A stretch of DNA of 64,000 nt, taken from Lama glama. Taxonomy: Eukaryota. Numbering within the stretch: position 1 is the first letter of the stretch; each line of letters starts with the position of its first letter. Shown one piece after another: positions 11,931 to 22,945 of this stretch. The position numbers were made by a program, and so were the translations under genes. The notes under the pieces were generated by a model. The model was given only the letters and a program-made list of their open reading frames with translations. It was not told the origin of the DNA and searched no databases. The stretch is taken from assembly GCA_028534125.1 (NCBI GenBank), contig CM052816.1, positions 5,458,001-5,522,000 of the forward strand, read 5' to 3'.

Positions 11931-14900
11931 ACCCGAGGTGGCTCTTAAACCCAGATTGGCTCTGTCTGCCACGGGGAGCAGTAATGGAGCCATGTCTTTG
12001 CAGCCTTTTAATTCCTCTATTCCCTTGCTGGATCCCATTGCCACCTTAAAATTCAACCCATTTTACTCGCTTTAAAACTATAAAAATTCAGGAAGAAAAT
12101 TTACAAAAATAGATCTGCAAAAAAGCCCAGTAAATTCCGGCAGAATTGGTCTTGGTTAAGTACTGGCCTCCAGAAGTGGGATTGCTAATCTTAGCTCATG
12201 AGGGACATAATCACAGAGAAGGATCAAATATTAGGATGTGGAGGGAAAAAAATATTTGTGGTGAAACAGAGCAATAATTTGGAGAACTGGGCTCTGGTCT
12301 GCATCCTTCCCTTTGAGAATGGATTTCCCCTCTCCTGGGCCTCAGTTTCCGTGCCTGCAATACAAGGGGCTTAGACTAGATGACTTCTGTAGCACCCTTC
12401 CTGCTCTGACACGCAGGGATCATTTAGCAAACACTCCCGACTGTCTTCCAGGTGTCAAGGCTTATATGCTGGAAGAGGACGTGGTTCCTACTTTAAGACA
12501 CTTCCGGGAGGGGAGGCCACGATGCACTCCTCAGCCACAGAAATTCAGGCATGTGGAGGCTGCCTCCTTTCCCCACCCAACTGGGCAGCCGTTCTCTCAG
12601 AAACAAGATTCTTATTTTAAGTCTTCCTGGGGACATCGGCTCTTGCCTTACTGACTCTGACACACATATGGGATACAGTCAGATATATGCAAACTACAGA
12701 ACCTGCTGCAAATACTGTCATGAGCATTAAGCTTCCATGGGACACGCTTCTGGCTGCCAAGTTTGCCTCAGGGTGTTTTTTAGTGATGAGATCTGATGCC
12801 ATCTCTGTGTAACAGCTGACTGTGGACAAGATACAATTAGCAAGTGAGATGGTTATCTTTTAAATAGGTCTTTGCTTTTTCATCCCTGATTCCATTACTT
12901 TCATCGTGTCACTGGAGCCAAGAGATTAAAGGCTGAATGTCCTTAGACCACTGCCTGAGAGAAGGCATTAGAGTATGAGCACATCCCTAAGTAGTGGCCC
13001 CATCACAATTAGATACAGAGGCCTGTTAAACACACTTCTTTCCAGGCCTTTTCAACACAAGCTTTCAAACAAACTCACAGAATCCCAGGATGCTGGAGTT
13101 GGAAAAGTCCTACAAAGTATCTGTTCCCTATATTGCAGCACTGCTGGGAAACAGACTGAGCTCAAGTCTGGGTTTAGTGGGAAAGAGACTGATAAGCAAT
13201 GTCTGCCCCGGCCAGGGGAGGCGAAGGACAGATATGATGCACATTTACCTTTCCCCTTCCGAATCTAAGCCCTCACTTCACAGATGAAGAATCCGAGGCC
13301 CAGAGAGGTTAAACCACTTTCCTGAAGTTACGCAGTGAATTCAGGGCAAGAGAGAGAATGAAACCCCAGGCCTCTGTCCCCTGACCTTCCTCAGCTGGGC
13401 TCCCTGGGAGACTGCAAACCCGAGAAGAAAAAAGAATGCAGGAAGTCAGATTTGCTTAGGTAAATCAACAACCCTTCCCTGGTGGTATCAGATTTCAGCT
13501 GGGCATGCAGACAGAGAAGAGATTAGCAATCTAAAGGATCCCAGCCCCTCTGTGGAAAATTTAAGAAATCATTCCAAGGCTACATTTCTATGGTACTTAA
13601 CTTTAAGATGGATAAGGCTCTGCTACCAGGAAGACTTAAAAAAAAAAAAAAGGTCTGGGGGGAGTATTGATTTCTGGATATTCTAAGAATAAAGTTCAGC
13701 TCTGACACAATGAGAAAAACTCTTGATACTTAAAGTCATTGGTATTCCATTATCTCACGAATTTCTATTCCACAATTGCTATTATCCAATGAAGTCATTT
13801 TCATAAGAGATTATGGCTCAGAAATGGGGAGGGACTGCACCACACTTCTTTACCATGGGTTTTTAATGGCCAGTTACCAAGCCTGGAATATGAAACAGAC
13901 CAGAGAATTAAACCAAGATGTTAAACAGACCAGGACTAGGAATGAGAGGTAACCCTAAATTAAAATGAAGATGGCTTCAAGACTGGTTTTTATTGCCTGG
14001 TTTTGCAGCTTTTCAAGAAGCCAGCTGTCTGACAGATGAATGCTCAGATCCTAGAAGCATTATGTGTCCTTTATAAATCAGCTGCCCTACCCAGCTCCAG
14101 TGGTACACCCAGGATGAGCTACCAGGACGGCTATATAGACTTATGTTCTAGCACGTGGTAAGTGCTCTGAATTTGAAATCCTGTATTCTTTAATCCAGTG
14201 GAGAAATCAAGGAGTTAAAGGATGACTACAACAGTGGGTATGTTACCCTCAAAGAAACTTCTCTCAAACCCACAAGGAATATAGTTTTCATTTGGATAAA
14301 GTCCTGCTGTCTGACTTCCTTCCAGAGCCTCTGTGGTTGTTTCTACTCCAAAAATCAATGAAGTGCTCTGGGATAATTCTCCACAATTATAAGAGTGACA
14401 AGCTGAGCTCAGAACCGGTCGGCCCTGTCGAAAAAAGCTCTGTGTGTTAGAGATGTCGGATTCCCCAGATAGCAGCCTGACCTGGTAGGTGCTCGTTCCA
14501 GCGCACTTGGGAGGAGGGATAGAATACCAGCACTCAGAAGTCAGCCTCCTCCCTCAAGGCCAGCTGACATTCAAACATGGGACTGGGGGCCAAGCCTAGC
14601 GCTGTGCATCTGCAGGAGACTGAAACAAAAAGGGGCTGTGTGGAAATTTGGCAGCGTGTTCCTGAAAGGCAGCAGATGAATGCTGAATCCTATAGCACCT
14701 AGAAGAGCTTATCATTGGGGAAACAGCTCCATTCTGCGGCTCCCAGGAGGCTAAGATTTTTTCTTAAAAGCAAGGATCATCAGTTGGCACCTCCTACCAC
14801 CATCATCAAACCCTTTACCACTGCTTCCTCCTCTTCTCCTTCATGATATTCCAGAGAAAAAGAAATGAACAAGAGCTAGACCTTCCCAGATGAGCTTCTC

Positions 14901-16030
14901 TGTCCATTTCAGTTAAGGGCTTTGAGCAGCGCCCAGCTGTTGCTCCCCTCTCTCTGCCCAAAAGGCTGCCTTACTCCATCAATCCCCTCTTGCACAAGTG
15001 AGTAATTTACTTTGAAAGCTCAGGCCAAACTGGCAGTTAACCTTGACCTTCTCTCTACACATCTGGGTCTACAGAAAATGAAAATCAGGATGTCTCTGGC
15101 ATCCACAGCAAATGAAATACGAGGGCTTTCTCCAGGCAGAGGCAGAATGTCAGGAGCTATTTTAGAACTGGCTACAGCTATTCCAAAGGAGAGTCTGCAC
15201 TTGGGCAGGACATGGCCCCCTTGATCTGAGGCTGCGTCCAGTATGGAGCCCCCACTGCTAGGGATGCTACAAGGGGCTCCTGGCTCAGGAAAGGAAAAAG
15301 AAGTGGCTGCTGTCCTCCACATTGATTCACTGATGGTTATCACAGTAAGCTGGAGCTGGACCAACAACCACATTTTACAGATGGAGAAAGGGAGGCTCAG
15401 AGAGGGAGACGGGAGGTGATCAAGGACACATACAACAAGTTAACACTAAAGCTGGGGACAGAATCCTGGCCTCTGGACTCTGATGCTAGTACAGGGTGGG
15501 AACAGAAGAAAGAGACCGTATGAAGGAAAAATCCATATAGATACAGAATTTAAGGAAGAGGGGTTTAAGTCAGCTGTCAGGGTTTCAACCAGGGGTTTAG
15601 GAAAGGAGTTGGGGCCTTCGTTTCCTAACAGTGAGATCTACCAGAAAGATCAACCAGGCCCTCCAGGACGGTTTGCAACAATTACTAGAGTGACAGGCTG
15701 CACTCAGATCGGTCAGTCCTGTCCCAAAGAGCTCTCTATACTCTACACTCAAGATGCCAGACAGTCCCAGACAGCAGCCTGATCCTGGGAAATGAAAGAA
15801 GCATCCAAAGTCAGCTTCTTCTCTTGTCCTGCCAACCATCAGTCAAGTTCAACCGTGATGCACAATTATCCACTTACCCTGGGATAGAGCAAATCCCACA
15901 AGAGAACCTGAAACATCCCTCTGTGTGAAACAGTTCAGGCATTTATACTCTCACTGGCACCCACTGAGCCAGGAGCTGGGAAGGTAGGAGTGATGTGACA
16001 GAGCTTTTGCTATCAGTATATATGTACTTA

Positions 16031-16088
16031 CCACACACTCACACACACACACACCCACACACACATACACCCACACTCACACACACAA
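16031..16088 (+). repeat. Imperfect (CA)n microsatellite
   Basis: Seen directly. Confidence 0.9.
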
Positions 16089-16984
16089 ATGTGTATGAGT
16101 GAGTTCAGAGGAGACAAAAACAATTAAGATCCCAGTCTTGGCTGCAAAGAACACCAAACCTAATCAGCCAAGACAAGTTCAGAAGGGGTCACAGGTACTC
16201 TGAGAAGCGACAGAGAAGGCATCTGATGTTCCACACTCAGAACAACAGGCACAAATAGCCTTTGGGAAATTTGGGAGTCCTTCCACCACAGCCCCTACTT
16301 CTGGATTCTCAGAAAGTCAAAGGCCCCTTAAAGACCAGCCGCACAACCACTCCAATCCCCCAGGGCCTGAAGCTCCAAGGGGAGCATGATCTTTGCATCC
16401 TTCAAGGAATCCACAGGATCTGAGAAAGAAATAAGGCTGGGAAGGAAGGAGGGTGAATAAATGTGGAGAGAAGGGAGGCCCAGGTGTTTCTTTGGGCAAA
16501 TAGGTAAACAGGAAAGGGGCTGACCTGAGTAGGGAGCACCGAGACCAGGAGGTGGGGGAAAAAGCAGAAAAGACCTTAACACCAAACAGAAGGACCAGCA
16601 TCTTTATAATAAGGAGTCATCCTGGGATACAGGGATGCAGACAGGATCCTCCAAAAAAGACTGATGTTGGAAGAGGAGAGGAGACACCAGACAGGGGCAG
16701 AAAGGTAGGATGGGTAACCTGTCGTAAGAAATGACCATCAGACTGGGCATCAGGAGTCCTGGATTTCTAGTTCTGGCTCGGTTTCTGAATGGCATGGGGA
16801 CATAGACAAGTCCCCATCCTTCTCTGAGTCTCAATTTTCCCATCCAAAAAAAAAGGGAAGAACAGAGAAGACTCTGGCGCTGACTCTGAGGAGGCAGACA
16901 GGGGACGGTGGAGGAAGGAACCGAAGGCTAGAAGTGAATTCAGGGAGAGCGTGCTCCCAACTCCATGGCAATTGGGGGACTCAC

Positions 16985-17143
16985 CTGTCCGGCTGCCGGG
17001 GCCACCGCTGCCCCGGATCCCCTAGGGGTGCCGTCGGGCTGCCGCTCGCGGTACAGCGCCCAGAGCCCCACGTTGGGTAAAAGGACCAGGGCCGCCAGCA
17101 CCAGCGCCACCGCCTGCAGAAGCCGCTTCTCCTTCCGCCTCAT
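16985..17143 (-). CDS. GALNT10: GALNT10 coding exon 1 (polypeptide N-acetylgalactosaminyltransferase 10): cytoplasmic tail, type II transmembrane anchor and start of stem; rest of gene lies beyond position 1
   Basis: Translation MRRKEKRLLQAVALVLAALVLLPNVGLWALYRERQPDGTPRGSGAAVAPAAGQ matches the GALNT10 N-terminus as I recall it (human G41, here R). ATG at 17143-17141, in-frame TGA 12 nt upstream (17153-17155), consensus donor CAG|GTGAGT after 16985; 159 nt = 53 codons, phase 0; within a CpG island. Confidence 0.96.
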
Positions 17144-17290
17144 CGGGGCCGGTCAGCCCCGCCGCGCCCCGCCGGCCCCGCCGCGCCGCCCCCAGCTCCG
17201 CGCGTCCGCCCGTCCGCCCGGCGGCGGCAGCTGCTCACCGAGGAGAAGCGGCCGCGGCGCCGGCCCCGCTCCAACTCCGCGGCACTTCCG
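17144..17290 (-). other. GALNT10: Probable GC-rich 5' UTR of GALNT10 (TSS position inferred)
   Basis: Directly upstream of the ATG; upstream limit is a guess from the ETS motif position. Confidence 0.5.
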
Positions 17291-19325
17291 CCGCTCGTCG
17301 GCCAGGGAGCCGGGCTCCGCCACTGCACCGCCGCCGCGGGGGGGTCGCTGCCAACACCGCTGCTCATGAGCCTCGCCGAACCGCGCCACCACCCCAGACT
17401 CCTCGGAGTCGGCCGGCAAGAGCTGTGAACCGCGGGCCCCGGCCTTCTTGTGGCTCCTCCTGCTCCTGCCGGGCGCGGCGGGACCCAGCGAGGACCGCTC
17501 CCCCCTCTCTAGCCGCGATGGTGCGGCCCGCTCCTCGGCGGCTCCCCCGCCCGCGGGAGCTTTGCGAAAGTCCGGGAGTTGGCGAGTTGGGCGCTAACTG
17601 GTGTGCGCTGGGCTGCGTTCCCGGGACCCCAAACTCCTACCCAGCCACGTCTGCTCCGGACTTTAGCCAACAGTTTTGGGGCTTCCCCTGGGATATGCAA
17701 ACCGTGTAGGAGCCCGGCCAGATGCTCCGCGCTTGCAGTCCCCGGGGCTGTGGCTTCCTTCCTTTCTACTACTCTCTTAGGCTTGGCTCCGAGAACCTGC
17801 GGACCTCCTTTGCCCCCCCGGGTCCAGGCATTCCCAGACGGGAAATGGGGCTGCACGCGCACGATTGTCTGGGCAGGCCCTGGTTGTCTTCCCTCCCAGT
17901 GCCTGGCGGTAGATGTGAACGCTGTCTGTAAACTGGGGAGTGCCGTTTCCGCTCACCACCTGTCTGTTGTCCCAGCAAACAGGCGAGTAGGTGACCGAAG
18001 CTTCTCTGCAGGACCTTCTCTCGCACAAGTCCAACCTCCTTGGAGTTGGAATGCCCTCCAGTCCCACGTGTGCCTCTAGGCACTCCGCTCACGGAGCCCT
18101 TTCTCGAAACCTCTTGTCGGTTCCTATCTCCCGTTCAGCTACTCAGCAAATTGTCCCAGCCACCAGGATGAAATGAAAACAGACTCGAACCCTGACGTCT
18201 GGAAGCTGAAACATTAAACACATAATCGCATCAGACGAGCGAACGTGTCTATAACTGTGGTGAGGCTCTGAGGAAATCAGGCCGCCTGGGCGCTGCGGAC
18301 GTCTGGTCGGGAAGCCGGACTCCGAAGGCGATGCCTGTGGCTTCTCGATGCTCTTCACTTAGTTGCTTTCTCTCCGATGCAGAGGGAGGACGCACCCTTT
18401 TGGTTGCCTTCCTTTTTGCTACCCCTACATGCGTCCTCTTGATTCCTGGGTCTCCAGCCCAGCCTCTGAGCCCCTAGCCTTGGACCAGCGTCCTGATGAC
18501 TCCTCCCTCACCATTCTTCCAGATCTAGGATGAGAAATAGGGATTCAGTTTTCTGTAGCTTGACAACTGCTACAAAACCTAAAAACCCATCACCTAGATT
18601 CTAGGGCCAACACTCCTCTCTCTCTGACCTGCTAGAGCTGATCAGACATCTCTCCTCCTCTCTGCCCTGCCAGTTGCTGGCTATTGTGGTTGCTGGCTAT
18701 TTTCCTTCTTGTGCCATTCACCCGGCAGCTCCTTACATCCGGAAAGCCCCTTCCCCACCTATGTCAGTGGAACTCTTGTTCATCCTTCCATGCCTAGCTC
18801 AACTGCCACCTCCTCCATGAAGTCCTCCAAAACTCCTCTTTAGGGGACTGCTGTCTTTCTTGGGGTTTCTGTCACAGAAATGCTTACCTTTTATTGAATG
18901 CTTACTCTATGCCAGGCACCATGTTAAACCCTTGATATGCATTACCTCTTTTCAGACTCACAGTTACTCTGTGAGGTCAATGCTTTTCTTATCCTTGTTT
19001 GCAAGTGTGATTCAGATTAAAGAAAGCTGCAGCCAGAATGACCCTAGTTTAACAAAGATCAGATAGCACCACCCTTCTGCAAATCCCTCCAATGACTTCC
19101 CATCTTCCACCTGATTCCAAGAAGGAACTATAAGATCCTACAAGTCCATGTATGAACAGCCCTCACCTGTACTCTCTTCATTATACCCAAGCCCACTGGC
19201 CTTCTTGCTATTCCTCAGAGCACACCAGGCAGAGTCCTGCCTCTGGGCCTTTGCACTTGCTATTACCTCTGCCTAGAATGCCCACTCTTCCATCTCTAGA
19301 TCCTAGTCCTATGCCTTTTTTAAAA

Positions 19326-19805
19326 AATTTTTTTATTGTGGTAAAATATACATAATATAAGTTTTACTATTTTAACCATTGATTGTGGCATTAAGTACAT
19401 TCACACTGTTATGCAACCATCACCACTGTCCATCTCTAGAACTTTTTCATCATCCCAACCTGAAACTCTGTACCCACAGAACATTAATTATCTTCCCAGT
19501 TCCCCTCCTCCCCTGAACCCCTGGTAATCACCCACCATTCTACTTTTAGTCTTTATGAGTTTGACTATTCTAGGTACTCCATGTAAGTGGAATCATACAA
19601 TATTTGACCTTTTGTGTCTGGCTTGTTTCACTTAGCATAACGTTTTTAAGATTCATGCATGTTGTAGCATGTGTCAGAATTTTACCCGTTTTAAAGATCG
19701 AATAATGTTCCATTATATGTACCTACCACATTTTGTTTATCCATTCATCCATGGATGGACATTTGGATTATTTTCACCTTTTGGCTATGGTGAATAATAC
19801 TACTC
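19326..19805 (-). mobile_element. L1MB-type 3' end inserted in an L2
   Basis: TTTTTATTGTGGTAAAATATACATAA...GTGGAATCATACAATATTTG...TTTGTTTATCCATTCATC. Confidence 0.85.
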
Positions 19806-21399
19806 TGAAGAGCCCTGTGTTTTTTCACACTGCAGTTGATGAACAGTGTTTTTGTAACTGGACTTCCAACCTGTCTCTTTGACAAAAAGGGAAGTTCCTA
19901 GAGGGAAAGACAATGTTGTGACACTCATACTCACCTCCAAAGCATCAATCATGGTGCTAGAAACAGCTGCTAGACTGATCCTTTCACAGACATGAGGCTC
20001 ACTCTGCTCCTGGGAACTTGCCTTTAACTTCCCTGCAGGTTAGAATAATCTATGAGTATCGGTCTTCCATGATCTGGCCCAGCTTCTAGATTTTGACCTT
20101 CTAGTTGCAATGGTCTTCTTGCTATATTCCTCAAATGCACCAAGTTGATAATGGCCTCAGGGTTTTTGCAAATTTGCTTTGCCATTGCATCTCTTCCTCT
20201 AAATCTCTGCATGGTTCTCTGCCTGCCCTGTCTCTCAGGAACCAAATCAAATGTTCCTCTGCAAGAGCTTCCCTGTCCAACTGATCTAAAATATCAAAGA
20301 GCACCTCCACCATCTCTGTATGTTGATTTTTCTTCAGAATGGGTATTAATTTGGGTTTCCCTCTCTAGAACGTGAACTCTAAGCAAGGAGGAGCTTTGTA
20401 ATTTTTTTGTCCCCTACTGTATGTCCTGCCTCTGTTAGCACATACTTCTATTTTTGTGAATCAGAATACTGATGCTCCCTCCGGGTGGACGGATTTGCAA
20501 AAAAGGGTGCCCACCTCTCCCTGGGCCAAAGCCGAGCTAGCAGAGCCAGGACACCTGGATTTCAGCTCCTACTCCTGCTCAACCATGGCCTGGAACATAG
20601 TAGATGCTGAATAATTACCAGTTGAGTGAAGTACAGCAGCTGAGATCATCTATGGGAAAGTCTTCAGTGTGTCTCTCATCTCCACCCCTTCCAGCTCCCA
20701 GGAGGATTCTGTCTGAAATTGGATTTGAGCTTTTCCTGTGTCTTACCTGAGTGACTTGTTGATCAAAGCCGCACACCAGCCGGGTCAGCCCTCAATGGAC
20801 ACTCTTAACGCATGAACCCAGCTTTAACCTCAGAACTCTCTGATCACATGCGGGATACGCCAAGTATGGAGTAGGGGCCGGGGTTGGGGTGGGGATCCTC
20901 TTAGGGCTTTATCCCACTGACTGAGACAATACCATTTCAGCTGCACAATGAAAACCTCCACTTCTGGTCTGAGCCTCTCCCATCTCAGCGTTCACACTCC
21001 TTTCCTATTAGATGGCCTCACCTTGGCTTTCTTAGTTTGGCTGCCTATTTGTCAAGGGCTGTATCCTCAGGCTGGTGTGGCTCAGGCCTGAGCTGAGGGA
21101 GTGTGAAAGTGGAACGAATGGATCAGCAAGCCAGGAGGTATTGGTCTGATAATCAGTCTACCTCTAACACTCTTTAACCTTGGCTAAGTCTCTTAGCTAC
21201 CTGAGCCTCAATTTCCTCATATGTAAAAATGGGGATAATCGTGATTTCATAAAGATATAACTTCCAAGCTGGTGAGAGAGAGGTCTGCTTGACTCTAAGC
21301 AAAAGCCAAGAAGCTACGGGTGTTGGACTTACGTGTGTGTGGAAGCCTAAAGCCTTCCTGCTCCTCCTCTCCTTGGAGACTGCCAAGCTTGTCAATACA

Positions 21400-21680
21400 C
21401 TCTGAGAGAAGCTTGCCTGAGCTCCCTGAGCAGACTAAGCCCCCCAGTTATGTGACCTCTTAGCAATGTCTTTCCTTAACAGTCGCAGTGTTTCCAATTA
21501 CAGGGTGATTGTTTGATATCTGTCTCCTCCGCTGGACTGTTAGCTTCATGAGGACACAGATCATCTTGTGTCTGTCTGTTTGTTTGTTTTGCCCTGCAGC
21601 ATATACTCAATGCCTGGGACAGTAAGTGGCCCAAAATAGGTCATTGACAAACATTTGGGAAATGAATGAATGAATCAATT
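21400..21680 (+). mobile_element. L2 3' end with (TGAA)n tail
   Basis: CTGGACTGTTAGCTTCATGAGG...AATGCCTGGGACAGTAAGTGGC...AATGAATGAATGAAT. Confidence 0.75.
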
Positions 21681-22713
21681 AATCAAGCACTCATCTCTTT
21701 AAAATCTGCACTCAGGAAACTCATTAACACTGGTGTCAGTGACCCAAATTGCTCTCTCTACCAGGCTGGTCATTTAACAAGGCTCAAACTTCCAAATATA
21801 GAGCAAGAGAACACAAGCCCTGGAACTGAGATCTCCCCACATGGCTCTATTAAGTCTGAATCAGTCCAGACTTTGCCCCTACCTTCCTGTGCAGCTTCAG
21901 ACAGGTCACTCAAATTCTCTGAGCATCATGTTTATCATGAATGGATCCACAAGTGTATGTGGAAGCAGAAATTAGAGCTGTCTAGCTAAATATAGAATAC
22001 GGTTGCATTAAATAAAGTAGTTGAACCAAATGCTTGTTGAGATCTTTTTTAATTCTAAAATTTGGCGACTCAGTCTTGCAAGGTCGGGTGGGAGAAGGGG
22101 AGCGAGGCATGGAACACCACTCAGGTGGTTCAATCCATTTAGTGTGTGTGATTTAGTGGCATTTCAGCTCCTAGTCTGAATAAAAATAAAGGGTTTGCAG
22201 GATGCCTATTTGAAATGACCTCTAGACAGAAAATTGCCTGTCTCTCTCTCAGAGTCTACTTTGTCATTTCCACACCGAGATGCCAATTAAACCAATCCTG
22301 CCAACTATAAAGGAATGCTATTGAATCAAGACAGTGGATGAGGAAGGTGTTTCAAGTAGGATACGATTTGAAAGAGCAGAGAAGGCCATACATTTCAAAG
22401 AGTAAATATACTACGTCATTGGGTGGATATATCTCAGAATATTAGTCAGACAGGTCAGATACAAATATCAGATGTAGAGGGAGCCATTAGCCTCCTGGCA
22501 CTGCCTCTAAAATAAACACCAGGGCTTGGAAAATGAGAGTGCTTCCTGTTTAATTACTTCCCACTTTTGAATAAAGGAAGAAAGTTGTACAAAACACAAA
22601 TAGAGAGGTGGTAGGGTGCATGAGAAAGGGGCATCCTAGAAATGTGAAGGCCCTTAGAGAAGTGGCACTGTCTGCGTGCACTTCTGTAAAATAAAGGTAG
22701 GCTTCTCTATACC

Positions 22714-22859
22714 CAGTGGTCTTAACCTTTCACCTGGGGACCTTTAAAAACTATGGATGCTTAACCCAAACCCCAGACCAATTAAGTCAGACCTCTAGGG
22801 GTAGGGCTCAGCTATTCCTAGGTGATTCCAATCTGTGGCCAAGCTTGAGCGAACTACTG
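22714..22859. mobile_element. hAT-Charlie MER5A-like
   Basis: CAGTGGTCTTAACC...CCCCAGACCAATTAAGTCAGA...AGGTGATTCCAAT...ACTACTG. Confidence 0.7.
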
Positions 22860-22926
22860 CTCTCTTGCTTTTGGCTCTAAAATCCTTCTAAGGTTTCCTT
22901 TGGTCTAAGCGGCATGTCATCGGATG

Positions 22927-22945
22927 TTCCACTAGGTGGCACCTT
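22927..22945 (+). promoter_or_regulatory. Candidate CTCF site
   Basis: TTCCACTAGGTGGCACCTT closely matches the CTCF core CCAC(C/T)AG(G/A)(G/T)GGC; motif evidence only. Confidence 0.5.

Larger units (their letters stand above)
1..16984 (-). other. GALNT10: GALNT10 intron 1 (partial)
   Basis: Follows the donor after 16985; no ORF resembling the next GALNT10 exon (GSHSRQKK...) or catalytic domain seen; repeat-rich. Confidence 0.85.
16950..18380. promoter_or_regulatory. GALNT10: CpG island / GALNT10 promoter
   Basis: Very high GC and CpG density relative to CpG-depleted flanks; spans exon 1; GC boxes (GGGGCGG on minus) and ETS motif CGGAAGTG (minus, 17283-17290); no TATA box seen. Boundaries approximate. 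Confidence 0.9.

Noticed and set aside
16940..16984. ORF-track extension VSPPIAMELGARSP after GALNT10 codon 53
   Set aside because: Read-through into intron 1 past the consensus GTGAGT donor.
17153..17419. Possible in-frame N-terminal extension of GALNT10
   Set aside because: Ends at an in-frame TGA (17153-17155) before the ATG and does not start with ATG.
16965..18092. Several 75-166 aa ORFs on both strands in the CpG island
   Set aside because: Pro/Arg/Gly/Ala-rich products expected from stop-poor GC-rich DNA; no recognisable domain.
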